A DNA stretch of 64,000 bases from Candidatus Woesearchaeota archaeon (GTDB lineage Archaea > Nanobdellota > Nanobdellia > Woesearchaeales > DSVV01): positions 55,917 through 119,916 of the forward strand of contig JACRPI010000020.1 in NCBI GenBank assembly GCA_016214075.1, written 5' to 3'. Below, piece after piece: positions 1 through 9,884 of the stretch. Position 1 is the first letter of the stretch. Each line of letters begins with the position of its first letter. The notes below the pieces were generated by a model. That model did no database searches. It saw only the letters and a list, made by a program, of their open reading frames with translations, and was not told the DNA's origin. Made by a program: the position numbers and the translations under genes.

Positions 1-1
1 G

Positions 2-1456
2 TTTCGTGAAGTGATTACTGCTCTTAATGGGCAATCTATTACTTCTCTTGATGATTATGCTGCCGCAATTTCTTCTTTGCAGGAAGGAGAACTTGTTCGG
101 CTTGAAACAATGTCTCGTTATACATACGACGGTGGGACACGATCGCTGCATATGCTTCGTCAAGAAATGCTCTACTCTCTTTATTATAATGAAACCACTG
201 GGCTCGGTATTGAAGTCTATGACGCGCCAACCTCTAACTTGAAGAAAGGACTCGATCTTCAGGGTGGAACGCGTGTTCTTCTTCAGCCAGAAGCAGAAGT
301 TTCTGCTGATGACATGGATCTTCTTATTCAAAATCTTCAGCAGCGCCTCAACGTGTATGGATTAACAGATCTCGTTATTACAGAAGCAAAAGATCTCAAT
401 GGCGCACAATTTATTCTCGTTGAAATTGCAGCTGTTACAAAAGACGAAGTGCAGGAACTTATAGGAACGCAAGGAAAATTTGAAGCAAAAGTTGCCAATC
501 AAACTGTTTTCAGCGGTGGCGAAGACATTGCTGCTGTTTGCCGCAGCGCAGACTGCAGTTTTGTTGTTGATCCGCAACGACCATGCCAAGGAAGTGTTGA
601 CTCTGGCTATTATTGCACATTCTCTTTTGCGATTACATTGAGTCAGAAAGCAGCAGAAAGACAGGCAGCAGTCACTGCAGACATTCCTTTGAGCAGTGAG
701 CAAGGTGGCGCGTATCTCGCGTCTGATCTTGATTTGTATCTTGATGATGTGCTTGTTGATACCCTCAAAATTGGCGCTGATTTGAAAGGTCGAGCGGTCA
801 CTGATATTTCTATATCAGGACCTGGCACTGGTCCGACGTATCAAGAAGCGGTGCAAAATTCTGCTCTTAACATGAAAAAACTTCAGACACTCCTTATTAC
901 AGGAAGCCTTCCAGTGAAATTAACCATTGTCAAAGTTGATTCTATTTCTCCAGCACTAGGAGAAGCATTTGTCAAGAATGTTCTTTCTGTTGTGCTCTAC
1001 GCAATTCTTGCAGTGGGCATTGTTCTTGGCATTCGGTATAGACATGTTTCTATTCTTGGTTTGATTATGGCTACGATGCTTTCTGAAGTGTTTATTATCC
1101 TTGGTTTTGCAGCATTCATTGGCTGGAACATTGATCTTGCAGCTATCGCAGGTATTCTTGTCGCAGTAGGAACTGGTGTTGATGATCAAATCGTTATTAC
1201 TGATGAGGTTTATGGACGAAAGAAAACAAGCCGACATCTTTCTTGGAAAGATAAATTGAAACGCGCGTTCTTTATTATTATGGCAGCGTATCTGACAACT
1301 GTTGTCGCGATGTTGCCTTTATTCTGGGCAGGCGCTGGCGCATTGAAGGGATTTGCACTGACGAGTATTCTTGGCGTTACTATTGGTGTCTTTATCACTC
1401 GACCAGCATACGCTGTCGCTGTTGAAGCGGTGCTGAAGGAAGAAGGAGATGAGTAA
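2..1456 (+). CDS. secD: Protein translocase subunit SecD (probably 5' partial; frame open at window edge)
   Basis: GLDLQGG motif, LQQRLNVYG, C-terminal TM bundle with IAGILVAVGTGVDDQIVI and LKGFALTSILGV. Confidence 0.95.
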   Translation, partial: FREVITALNGQSITSLDDYAAAISSLQEGELVRLETMSRYTYDGGTRSLHMLRQEMLYSLYYNETTGLGIEVYDAPTSNLKKGLDLQGGTRVLLQPEAEVSADDMDLLIQNLQQRLNVYGLTDLVITEAKDLNGAQFILVEIAAVTKDEVQELIGTQGKFEAKVANQTVFSGGEDIAAVCRSADCSFVVDPQRPCQGSVDSGYYCTFSFAITLSQKAAERQAAVTADIPLSSEQGGAYLASDLDLYLDDVLVDTLKIGADLKGRAVTDISISGPGTGPTYQEAVQNSALNMKKLQTLLITGSLPVKLTIVKVDSISPALGEAFVKNVLSVVLYAILAVGIVLGIRYRHVSILGLIMATMLSEVFIILGFAAFIGWNIDLAAIAGILVAVGTGVDDQIVITDEVYGRKKTSRHLSWKDKLKRAFFIIMAAYLTTVVAMLPLFWAGAGALKGFALTSILGVTIGVFITRPAYAVAVEAVLKEEGDE

Positions 1457-1506
1457 GAGATTTTCTGAAGCTTTTCCCTCTCTGAGAACCTCTACTCTTC
1501 AGGATT

Positions 1507-1671
1507 ATTAAAAAGTGGGCAAGAAAACCACGACCTTCAGGTCAGTGGATGAATTGCTCACAGCACGCCCACTTTTTAATTCCACAGACGCGCCAACAAG
1601 AGTTTGCGAGCCGTAAAACCCATGCCTTCAGGCATGGGATAGGTGAGCATAATAACATTGGCGCGTCTGTG
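1507..1671. mobile_element. Non-autonomous IS200/IS605-type remnant: two end-like hairpins, each inside a 14-bp inverted repeat
   Basis: AAGAAAACCACGACCTTCAGGTCAGTGGATGAATTG (1521-1556) and GCCGTAAAACCCATGCCTTCAGGCATGGGAT (1610-1640) resemble IS200/IS605 subterminal hairpins. Perfect IRs at 1507-1520/1567-1580 and 1583-1596/1658-1671. No transposase ORF. Confidence 0.65.
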
Positions 1672-2120
1672 TTATATACATTTATTTTTTCTTTTTTTAC
1701 TGCTTCAATAAACTGTTTATCAGAGCAGATAAACTCTTTTACAATCGATTTGTATGTTAACATTGTATGAAAATGTATGGCATCATTTATCGGAATGTGA
1801 TATTTTTGAATTAATTCAAGAGATGATAATATAGTGAGATGATTTATTGTTTCTAAAATAAGTACATCATTCTCCGTTAGTTCAATAATATCATGGATAA
1901 ACTCACTTATTATCTTTTTTCCTTCATCTTCATCAATAATCTTTTTTCGAATCCACTTGTCAAAAACAGAAATCGCTTCACCAACAAGAAATATTGAGGA
2001 TATAAGAATTATTTCCCCTTTCTTTGCTTGTTCAATAACTTCTGCTACCTTTGTCGCACCTTTTTCAGTTTCTTCAGAAGCATAGTATTTTACAAAAGCA
2101 GAAGTATCTATATATTTCAT
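1542..2120 (-). CDS. vapC: PIN-domain toxin (VapC); last ~40 aa read through the IS-like remnant
   Basis: N-terminal YIDTSAFVK, IPINDAIH, FICSDKQF; directly downstream of an RHH gene. Confidence 0.9.
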   Translation of the reverse strand: MKYIDTSAFVKYYASEETEKGATKVAEVIEQAKKGEIILISSIFLVGEAISVFDKWIRKKIIDEDEGKKIISEFIHDIIELTENDVLILETINHLTILSSLELIQKYHIPINDAIHFHTMLTYKSIVKEFICSDKQFIEAVKKEKINVYNTDAPMLLCSPIPCLKAWVLRLANSCWRVCGIKKWACCEQFIH

Positions 2121-2374
2121 TATGCTTCATCTCTTATTCCTCTTACTGCTTCTGAAAGACTTTGTTTTGCTACTTTTGATGCTTTTGTGACAATTTTTCT
2201 TACTTCTCTCTTTGTTGTTGTTCGTACCCCATATTTGAAGGCGAGTTGCCTAATTGCATCTCGCACTACTTCAGACTGTGATTTATACATCCCTTTTTTT
2301 ACAAGCTCCTGTGTCAGGTGCTTGACTCCACTAGTGACATCAGCTGTTAAGGTTACCATAGTATTTGCCTCCAT
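2120..2374 (-). CDS. Ribbon-helix-helix (CopG/Arc/MetJ-like) antitoxin; start may be 2359
   Basis: LVKKGMYKSQSEVVRDAIRQL signature; stop overlaps vapC start. Confidence 0.85.
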   Translation of the reverse strand: MEANTMVTLTADVTSGVKHLTQELVKKGMYKSQSEVVRDAIRQLAFKYGVRTTTKREVRKIVTKASKVAKQSLSEAVRGIRDEA

Positions 2375-2377
2375 GCT

Positions 2378-2395
2378 CTAATAGCCCACTATTAG
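2378..2395. promoter_or_regulatory. Candidate TA autoregulatory operator
   Basis: Inverted repeat CTAATAG-CCCA-CTATTAG immediately upstream of the antitoxin. Confidence 0.45.
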
Positions 2396-2496
2396 TATAC
2401 TGTTATTTAAATTTTTCTCTGGTTTGTCAAATCTTATTGATCTTTTTTATTTTGTAGTGAGATTTGAACAGAAAATTAATAAACAAACACATTTGA

Positions 2497-3024
2497 ATGT
2501 GGACAATGGAAAAAAGAAATGTCGCATATTTAATTGTCTTTTTACTTTTATTCTTGTCACTTATTGTTTCTCTTGTATATATCTCTTTATTAAAAGATAC
2601 TCTTTATCGACAACGTACATTCAATAGTATCAATGAAGATATTCTTCAAGCAGAATTATCTGGACTTTATGAAACACAATTACAAGAAGATGGTTTTTAT
2701 GTTTCTCCTACACTTGTTGGTGATGCTTCTACTGGTGTCAATGGAGTTATTCATTTCTATAATTTCTTTGATACTCCTAAAACTTTTAGCTTTCAACTTA
2801 TTTCTGGTTCAACAACAGACTTTCCTTATGATTCTCTTGAAATTGTTGCTCTTTCTTCAGAAGTTATAGATCCTGGTGAAGAATCAAATGCATTTTTCGT
2901 GTTCCAGATAATTGACGAAGATTCTTTTCTTCAACGAAGGGAGTCTGGTCAATACACTGTTCAAATTATTGTTGATGGTGAAGTGATTGGGGAGGATACT
3001 CTTGAGGTTATTGTTGTAAATTGA
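2497..3024 (+). CDS. Hypothetical protein with N-terminal membrane anchor and acidic extracellular domain
   Basis: Single hydrophobic helix (YLIVFLLLFLSLIVSLVYI) followed by beta-rich acidic sequence. Confidence 0.65.
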   Translation: MWTMEKRNVAYLIVFLLLFLSLIVSLVYISLLKDTLYRQRTFNSINEDILQAELSGLYETQLQEDGFYVSPTLVGDASTGVNGVIHFYNFFDTPKTFSFQLISGSTTDFPYDSLEIVALSSEVIDPGEESNAFFVFQIIDEDSFLQRRESGQYTVQIIVDGEVIGEDTLEVIVVN

Positions 3025-3080
3025 TACTTGCTATTCTCCAAACAACAACCTTTTAATATCCGCACGCTTTTTTGTTTCTT

Positions 3081-3500
3081 ATGAATGTGCATACAACCAA
3101 AACACATCCGCTCGCGATTATTTCTGTCATGCTTGCGACGTTGCTCACCGCGACTGGACAGTTCTTGTTTAAACTTGGCACAGCAAATCTTACTCTTGGC
3201 TGGGACCTTCTTCACAACTGGTATCTCATTGGTGGGTTTGCGATCTATGGGATCAGCGCGGTAATTCTTGTGATCTCTTTGAAGTATGGAGAGCTTTCTG
3301 TTCTTTATCCTGTTATTTCTTTGAGTTTTGTCTGGGTTAACATTATTTCTTTTGAATTTTTAGGAGAACAATTGACCACATTCAAATGGGTAGGAGTCAG
3401 TCTTATTATTTTGGGCGTCACTTGCATTGGGTTTGGCAGTAAAAGTGGTATTGGAGATGAAGCTTCTAAAACAGTTGCCTCAATAAAAGGTGAGCAATAA
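3081..3500 (+). CDS. SMR/EamA-like small membrane transporter (ArnE/ArnF-like)
   Basis: 4 TM helices; GQFLFKLG; LKYGELSVLYPVISLSFVW. Confidence 0.85.
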   Translation: MNVHTTKTHPLAIISVMLATLLTATGQFLFKLGTANLTLGWDLLHNWYLIGGFAIYGISAVILVISLKYGELSVLYPVISLSFVWVNIISFEFLGEQLTTFKWVGVSLIILGVTCIGFGSKSGIGDEASKTVASIKGEQ

Positions 3501-3850
3501 TGACCACAGCTCCTTTCGCAATAGGTCTTGTCCTTATCGCAACATTTATCGGCGCGTTTGGCGCGCTGTTCCTGAAATACGGCGCAGAAAAAATGACGCG
3601 GAAAAGCAAGCTTTCATTTTTGAACACACGATTGCTTTTTGGTACTTTTTTATATGGATTTAGCAGTATCTTTTTCCTTATCGCTTTAAAGAACGGAGAA
3701 CTTTCTGTTCTTTATCCTATCACTTCCTTATCTTATGTTTGGATTAGTTTATTGTCCATCAAAATGCTTGGAGAAAAAATGAACTTTTTCAAATGGCTTG
3801 GCATTACCGCGATTTTGCTTGGGGTAAGTTTAATTGGATTTGGAAGTTAG
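3500..3850 (+). CDS. Second SMR/EamA-like small membrane transporter
   Basis: Paralogue of upstream gene (ALKNGELSVLYPITSLSYVW); overlapping stop/start. Confidence 0.85.
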   Translation: MTTAPFAIGLVLIATFIGAFGALFLKYGAEKMTRKSKLSFLNTRLLFGTFLYGFSSIFFLIALKNGELSVLYPITSLSYVWISLLSIKMLGEKMNFFKWLGITAILLGVSLIGFGS

Positions 3851-3870
3851 TTGGAGTTTTGGTGAACACT

Positions 3871-4563
3871 ATGATTGCAAATACAAATAATACCATTGTG
3901 CTTTCTCTTGGTGGGTCTCTCATTTATCCAAAAGAAATCGATGTTCCTTATTTGAAGAAGTTTCGCGCATTAATTCTTTCTTATATCGCGAAAGGAAAAA
4001 AATTTGGCATTATTACTGGCGGTGGCGCTATTTGTCGAGAATATCTTCATAAAGCAAATGAAGTTGTTCCTCTGCAGCCATTTCAGAATGATATGATTGG
4101 TATCTTAACAACTCGCACTAACGCGCAGCTTGTTCGCGAAATTTTTGCGGAGTCTGCATACAAAGATGTTATTATTGACTATAGCAAAAAAATAGAGACA
4201 GACAAGCCCATTATTGTTGGCGCGGGATGGGTTCCTGGTTCTAGTACTGATAAAGATGCTGTCCTTCTTGCGCACATGTATGGCGCAAAGACTATTATTA
4301 ACTTAACTAATGTTGATTATGTCTATGACAAAGATCCACGAAAGAATCCTGACGCAAAAGCAATCAAAAAAATATCCTGGAAAGATTTCAAAGCAATTGT
4401 TGGTGGCGAATGGAAGGCAGGGATGAATCTTCCTTTTGATCCCATCGCAGCTAGCCTCGCGGAAAAAGAAAAACTTCGTGTTGTTGTTCTCAATGGAAAT
4501 AATCTTGACAATTTAGAGAAGTATTTGGCTGGCAAAGAATTTGTTGGAACTGTTATTGAATAA
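3871..4563 (+). CDS. pyrH: Uridylate kinase (archaeal type)
   Basis: VLSLGGS, ITGGG, GAGWVPGSSTDKDA, TNVDYVYDKDP, FDPIAA motifs. Confidence 0.95.
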   Translation: MIANTNNTIVLSLGGSLIYPKEIDVPYLKKFRALILSYIAKGKKFGIITGGGAICREYLHKANEVVPLQPFQNDMIGILTTRTNAQLVREIFAESAYKDVIIDYSKKIETDKPIIVGAGWVPGSSTDKDAVLLAHMYGAKTIINLTNVDYVYDKDPRKNPDAKAIKKISWKDFKAIVGGEWKAGMNLPFDPIAASLAEKEKLRVVVLNGNNLDNLEKYLAGKEFVGTVIE

Positions 4564-4590
4564 ATAAAATCTTTTTTTCTTGGTTATGCT

Positions 4591-5280
4591 TTAAAGAATT
4601 CCAAAAAGGTATAACGCAATTCCAATCTGCACGACATCAACCAACGCATGGATTATCCAACAAGTAAAAAGATCACGATATTTCTGGAAAATCATGCACA
4701 TAAATAAAGAATAACAAAATAGTCCAATGCACGCAAGCGCAAAAAGCGCTGGATAAGAAAACCATTGATAAAAATAAACAACATGGTAGAGGGTAAACCC
4801 AATTCCTGTCAAAATATATCCTACAAACCATCCGCATAATGTATGCACTTCATCAAAAAAGAATCCTCTCCAGAAGAATTCTTCGAGCAGTGAATTTAGG
4901 AAAATAATATACAAGCCAATCCAAATGATGTTTGCCGGGGTAATCGCCGCAGCCGTGTTGAGTTGCGCGATAATTTCTTCAATAGGAAGAAAATCCTTGA
5001 AAAGCAAGAATGCTCCAGCATAGATTGCGGAGAATAAAAGTCCCCAGCCAAGCGCGTGGGTGATTGATTTCTTGAATTTTGTAAAAGAGAAGTCGTGTGT
5101 TACTGCATTTTTCCATGACTTTTTATAGAAAAAAACTCTGTACACTATTGGAAGCAGAAAAATTATTTTATAGAGCGAAGAAGTAATGTATGTCGCTTCA
5201 AAGAAATACTGGATCAAGAAGAGAATAACTGCGGGGAGAAATGCTGCGAGGAGTAAAAGGGATATTTTGAGTGGTTTCAT
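4591..5280 (-). CDS. CPBP/Abi (CAAX protease-like) intramembrane protease; start uncertain (5280-5331)
   Basis: LEEFFWRG, FTLYH, WIIHALVD motifs; multi-TM. Confidence 0.9.
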   Translation of the reverse strand: MKPLKISLLLLAAFLPAVILFLIQYFFEATYITSSLYKIIFLLPIVYRVFFYKKSWKNAVTHDFSFTKFKKSITHALGWGLLFSAIYAGAFLLFKDFLPIEEIIAQLNTAAAITPANIIWIGLYIIFLNSLLEEFFWRGFFFDEVHTLCGWFVGYILTGIGFTLYHVVYFYQWFSYPALFALACIGLFCYSLFMCMIFQKYRDLFTCWIIHALVDVVQIGIALYLFGIL

Positions 5281-5387
5281 TTCTTCTCTCATTAAAGTCA
5301 GGATAGATTTAAATCTATCGAAGGAAACCATTATTTTTATAAATCCACAGAAATTTCTCTTCTTTACATATATTGGAGGATGACACT

Positions 5388-5795
5388 ATGGCAGTAGTAG
5401 GATTTAATTTTACAAAAATGATCGGCGAGAAGAACGCTGATCCAACAAAGAAGTTGAACATTGATCGATCAGTGAACATTCAGTCTGTTGAAGAAACACA
5501 TCTTAATGTCGGGACACAAAAACAGCAGGCAATGATTGTTTCTTTTGTCTACGCAGTCACCTACGCGCCTGGACTCGGCAAGCTGGAATTACAAGGAAAT
5601 CTTCTCTACATCGCGCCTGAAGAAAAACTTATGGACGCAGTCGCATATTGGAAGAAAAATAGTACCCTTCCTGTTGATGTGATGAATCCCGTGTTGCACT
5701 CTGTTTTTACACGATGCAACATTCAGGCACTTATCATGAGTAGAGATTTGGCATTACCACCACCATTCGCATTGCCATCTCCGAAAGTTAGATAA
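5388..5795 (+). CDS. Conserved-looking hypothetical protein
   Basis: GGAGG SD at 5375-5379; clean ORF with ordinary codon usage. Confidence 0.7.
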   Translation: MAVVGFNFTKMIGEKNADPTKKLNIDRSVNIQSVEETHLNVGTQKQQAMIVSFVYAVTYAPGLGKLELQGNLLYIAPEEKLMDAVAYWKKNSTLPVDVMNPVLHSVFTRCNIQALIMSRDLALPPPFALPSPKVR

Positions 5796-5874
5796 ATTTA
5801 TTTTCTAATTTTTTACTTTGCTTTTTTCTTCTATTTTTTCAATAATAAAAATTTTACACTTTCACAATAAAAAT

Positions 5875-5903
5875 ATCTGTGCGTCATTAATAGACGCACA
5901 GAT
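5875..5903. terminator. Perfect 11-bp hairpin (terminator-like or part of the adjacent repeat)
   Basis: ATCTGTGCGTC-ATTAATA-GACGCACAGAT. Confidence 0.45.
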
Positions 5904-5966
5904 CAGGCACATGCTCACCAAAAAAAGGTTCGCACGCGCCTGTTTCTAATTGCTCTTTACTTCACT

Positions 5967-6017
5967 ACGCACCAGCAACACCTCATGTCAGGGGGACCCA
6001 TTGCGGAGCAATGGGGT
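5967..6017 (-). repeat. Dispersed hairpin element, copy 1
   Basis: Minus strand: ACCCCATTGC-TCC-GCAATGGGTCCCCCTGAC ... TTGCTGGTGCGT. Confidence 0.9.
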
Positions 6018-6124
6018 CTTTATTCTTTTTTTATTCATTGAATACTATTTTTCTAAAATAAGCTATAGTAAATAACATTAATTTTCGGATATATAACCAG
6101 AGAATGTAATGTTATTTCCTAATA

Positions 6125-6176
6125 AGTGAATCACTTTTTGCTAGGAACTAAGTTCCGATTATTAAAGTGATTCACT
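6125..6176. promoter_or_regulatory. Candidate operator upstream of cdc48
   Basis: 13-bp perfect IR AGTGAATCACTTT (6125-6137) / AAAGTGATTCACT (6164-6176), central GGAACT-A-AGTTCC, abutting a TATA-like TATAATATAAA. Confidence 0.55.
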
Positions 6177-6250
6177 ATAATATAAACTGACTCAATCCTC
6201 ATGCACAAAATATTTAAAGCGACCAGCGTTTACCAGAAACTGTGGAACCC

Positions 6251-8524
6251 ATGACAGGAAAGACAACCAAACTCAAAGTTGCGGAAGCTATCCAAGACGA
6301 TGTTAACAAAGGAATTGTCAGAATCGATTCTAATTTTATGCATGAGCTAGGGATACGTCCAGGCGATATTGTTGAAATCAAAGGAGAGCGCATTTGCTAT
6401 GGTATCGCAGATCGCGCGTATCCTGGTGACATTGGTTTGAACATTATGCGTATGGATGGTATCATGCGTCGAAACGCAAAAACAGGTATTGGTGAAATTG
6501 TTCATGTTAAACGCGGTATTGTCAAAGAAGCAAAACGCGTTACTATCGCTCCTGCACAAAAAGGAATTCTTATTCGCGCATCTCCTGCTATCTTCAAACA
6601 AGGATTGCTAGGACGACCTGTTTTGAAAGGAGATATTGTTTCTCTTGGCGGCACTTCCAGACGACGAAACACGATGAATAATTCTCCATTCTTCAACGAT
6701 ATTTTTTCTGTTCTTGATGAAGGTATGGCTGGCTTTGGTTTCAGCGATATTCGTTTTATTGTCATTGAAGCAGAACCAAAACAGGCTGTCATCGTTACTG
6801 AGGCAACAGAAGTTCGCTTTAATCCAGAAGCTGTTGAATTTGATGAAGAAAAAGTTCTTGATGTTACTTACGAAGATATTGGTGGACTTACTGATGAAAT
6901 CAAAAAGGTTCGTGAAATGATTGAACTCCCTCTCAAATATCCAGAAATTTTTGAACGTTTAGGTATTGAGCCACCAAAAGGGGTCTTGTTACACGGTCCA
7001 CCAGGAACTGGAAAGACGTTGCTCGCGAAAGCTGTCGCAAACGAAACAAACTCCCATTTTATTTTAATCAATGGTCCAGAAGTTATGAGTAAGTTTTATG
7101 GTCAAAGCGAACAAAATATTCGCAAGAAATTTGAAGAAGCAGAAAAGAACGCTCCTTCTATTATTTTTATTGACGAAATTGACGCGATCGCTATCAAACG
7201 AGAAGACAGTCATGGTGAAGTGGAGCGACGTGTTGTCGCGCAATTGCTTGCATTGATGGATGGTTTGAAATCTCGAGGGAAAGTTGTTGTCATTGCGGCA
7301 ACAAACATTCCTGACGCGATTGATTCCGCGCTCAGACGACCTGGTCGTTTTGATCGCGAACTTGAAATTGGTGTTCCTGGTAAAGAAGCACGCCTCAATA
7401 TTTTGAAAATTCACACGAGAAACATGCCGCTCACTAAGGGGTTTGATCTCAAACGCTTTGCAGATATTACGCACGGATTTGTTGGTGCTGATCTTGCATC
7501 ACTCACGAAAGAAGCCGCGATGGTTGTTTTGCGTCGCTTGCTTCCTGATCTGAAATTAAAAGAAAATGAACCTATTCCAAAAGAATTTTTAGAAAAACTG
7601 AAAATTGGCACTGAAGATTTTATTGAAGCACTGCGAACTGTTCGCCCAAGCGCAATGCGCGAAGTGCTTGTTGAAGTGCCCAACATTAAATGGGATGATG
7701 TTGGTGGTCTCGGAAACGTCAAACAAGAATTGCGTGAAGCAGTCGAGTGGCCACTCAAATTTCCTGAAGCATATGGTAATTTAGGAGTAAAACCTCCACA
7801 AGGTATTCTCCTTTATGGTCCTCCTGGCACAGGGAAAACATTGCTCGCGAAAGCAGTCGCAAAAGAATGCGAAGCAAATTTTATTTTAGTGAAAGGTCCT
7901 GAACTGTTGAGTAAATGGGTTGGAGAAAGTGAAAAAGCTGTCCGTAAAGTTTTCAAACGCGCGCGACAAACAAGTCCCACTATTATCTTTTTTGATGAGA
8001 TTGACGCACTTGCGCCAAAGCGTGGTCCAGCTTCTTCAAGCAATGTGACTGAGCGCGTTGTCAATCAATTATTGACGGAAATTGATGGGCTCGAAGACTT
8101 GACTAATGTTGTTGTTGTCGCTGCAACCAACAGACCAGATATTTTAGACACCGCGCTTTTACGCCCAGGGCGATTTGATCGAATTATTTTAGTTTCTGTT
8201 CCTGACCTTGAAGCAAGGCGAGCAATCCTCGGGGTTCACGCAAAAAATATGCCGCTCACTCCTGACGTTGATCTTGACGATATCGCGAAGCGAACAGAAG
8301 GATATGTTGGCGCGGACATTGAAGCTGTTTGTCGAGAAGCAGCAATCTTTGTTTTGCGCGAAGATATTAACGCGAAGAAAGTCACAATGAAAGCGTTTAA
8401 TCAGGCGCTTGAAAAAGTGAAACCTTCTGTGACGAAAGAAATTGAAGAATCGTATAAACAAATGGAAGGCTACTTCAAACAAGCGCACGCGAAGGAAATG
8501 GATAAGCAGACATATTATGGGTAG
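6251..8524 (+). CDS. cdc48: Cdc48/VCP AAA+ ATPase
   Basis: N-domain [10 protein letters not shown]; two Walker A (GPPGTGKT) and Walker B (FIDEID/FFDEID); RRPGRFD. Confidence 0.98.
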   Translation: MTGKTTKLKVAEAIQDDVNKGIVRIDSNFMHELGIRPGDIVEIKGERICYGIADRAYPGDIGLNIMRMDGIMRRNAKTGIGEIVHVKRGIVKEAKRVTIAPAQKGILIRASPAIFKQGLLGRPVLKGDIVSLGGTSRRRNTMNNSPFFNDIFSVLDEGMAGFGFSDIRFIVIEAEPKQAVIVTEATEVRFNPEAVEFDEEKVLDVTYEDIGGLTDEIKKVREMIELPLKYPEIFERLGIEPPKGVLLHGPPGTGKTLLAKAVANETNSHFILINGPEVMSKFYGQSEQNIRKKFEEAEKNAPSIIFIDEIDAIAIKREDSHGEVERRVVAQLLALMDGLKSRGKVVVIAATNIPDAIDSALRRPGRFDRELEIGVPGKEARLNILKIHTRNMPLTKGFDLKRFADITHGFVGADLASLTKEAAMVVLRRLLPDLKLKENEPIPKEFLEKLKIGTEDFIEALRTVRPSAMREVLVEVPNIKWDDVGGLGNVKQELREAVEWPLKFPEAYGNLGVKPPQGILLYGPPGTGKTLLAKAVAKECEANFILVKGPELLSKWVGESEKAVRKVFKRARQTSPTIIFFDEIDALAPKRGPASSSNVTERVVNQLLTEIDGLEDLTNVVVVAATNRPDILDTALLRPGRFDRIILVSVPDLEARRAILGVHAKNMPLTPDVDLDDIAKRTEGYVGADIEAVCREAAIFVLREDINAKKVTMKAFNQALEKVKPSVTKEIEESYKQMEGYFKQAHAKEMDKQTYYG

Positions 8525-8670
8525 TGTTTTATTTTGTTGTCTTAGATTCGCTTCGTTGCTTTTGAATCACTATTCTTTCTTTTTTAATAAAGTATTTTCT
8601 TTTAATAAAATAAAATGATAAGTTGTGTATGTGAACTTACTGGGCGATGTTTGTTTTGGAAGGTGCGTGT

Positions 8671-9462
8671 TTAGGGACAAACTGTTCTCTCTTTCATCTC
8701 AGCATATCTTCTTTCCACAATTTCTCTGAAGAAATCTGGAACGCCATCGCGGTTTGCGAAACGATATTGTGAACCTCTTTTTGTTATTCTTCCCATTGCT
8801 ACAGCAAATCCTGAATTAGGTTTGTAGAAGTCTGCAAGTTCATGGCCTGTTCCCATAAATAAAATGCTTTTTTGAGCAGCATTTCTTTTCATATTCTGGT
8901 AAATATATCTATCTCGCATTCGTGCCGTAATCGGATAAACTCCTGTAACCATTTGCAGCCATGCTTCTATAACTACTATTGGTTGATATAATAAGCGTGT
9001 TATTTTAGGGTCTAATAATTCTGTTTCAGTTGCTTGCATTTTCGTTTCAATCTCTCTAAAATTACATTCTGCTAAAATTGCAATTATTGTAGCTGAACCC
9101 TCTTCTAAATCTGATTCTGTAAATGCTAATTCTTCTAAATCTTTGCCTTCTACACCTTCTTGGTAAAGTGCTTCGCATTTTCTTTGAATTTGTGGCGTTC
9201 TATAATTTAATGATGCGGCTCTTCCTCTTGTCATTCCGTCAGAATACATTTCTGTTATCTTTTCTCTTAAGATAATATCTTTACTTATTTGGTGTGCACA
9301 TCTGAACATATCTTTTGCTTTTTCCTGTATTCTCTTTCCTCTTTTTATCATTTCTTCTGCTTCACTTCGATCTTTTTTTAGTCTAGAAAAAAATTGGTAA
9401 ACCTTTTCTATATTCTGGTTTGGGTGATTACTTTGCACAATATACACTTCTCTTTCTTCCAT
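8671..9462 (-). CDS. Hypothetical protein
   Basis: 263-aa ORF with TATA-like element ~25 nt upstream; no recognised family. Confidence 0.7.
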   Translation of the reverse strand: MEEREVYIVQSNHPNQNIEKVYQFFSRLKKDRSEAEEMIKRGKRIQEKAKDMFRCAHQISKDIILREKITEMYSDGMTRGRAASLNYRTPQIQRKCEALYQEGVEGKDLEELAFTESDLEEGSATIIAILAECNFREIETKMQATETELLDPKITRLLYQPIVVIEAWLQMVTGVYPITARMRDRYIYQNMKRNAAQKSILFMGTGHELADFYKPNSGFAVAMGRITKRGSQYRFANRDGVPDFFREIVERRYAEMKERTVCP

Positions 9463-9692
9463 TTTCTAGAGAATCACTTTTCTTCTTTTAAACTTTTCTA
9501 AAGTGTAGTCACTAAGTAGTGATTATGCTCTCGTCGACAAAAACGCATATCCCAACATAACATTTAAAAAGGAGGACAAATTCGTTCAATGAATGTGGAT
9601 GCTGGCTCAAATACTTTCTTTTGGTTAAACTGTGTTAAACGACGTAGTTATAGCTATAAGAAGCCAATTTTAGCCTGCGTTTGCAAAACAAT

Positions 9693-9798
9693 GCCTAGGT
9701 AGTGTAGTCTGGTCTATCATGAAGCCCTGTCGAACTGCCTTTTGCAAAAAAGGTGGTAAAGAAAGGCTTCGACCCGGGTTCAAATCCCGGCCTGGGCG
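9693..9798 (+). tRNA. tRNA-Asp(GUC) with 31-nt intron at 37/38 (9733-9763); no encoded CCA
   Basis: Acceptor GCCTAGG/CCTGGGC; anticodon stem AAGCC/GGCTT; CT-GTC-G; T arm CCGGG-TTCAAAT-CCCGG. Confidence 0.93.
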
Positions 9799-9884
9799 TT
9801 TACACGCTAGCAGCGGGATTTGAACAGTTACGTTCAATTCCAACTTTGGCGTTTTAGCTCCTCGTCGGGGCGTCCATTCACATT

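Noticed and set aside
8671-9462. TraB/Tiki-like assignment from the terminal MGTGH motif
   Set aside because: One short motif is insufficient; the other TraB motifs seen in 62270-62983 are absent.
9589-9702. 37-aa ORF after AGGAGG upstream of tRNA-Asp
   Set aside because: Overlaps the tRNA, has no recognisable features, and the SD spacing is long.
9803-9825. Minus-strand GTTCAAATCCCGCTGCTAGCG resembling a tRNA 3' end (split tRNA or att scar)
   Set aside because: The 5' strand of the T stem is missing (AACTG cannot pair with CCCGC), there is no anticodon half or 5' partner in the window, and no integrase nearby.
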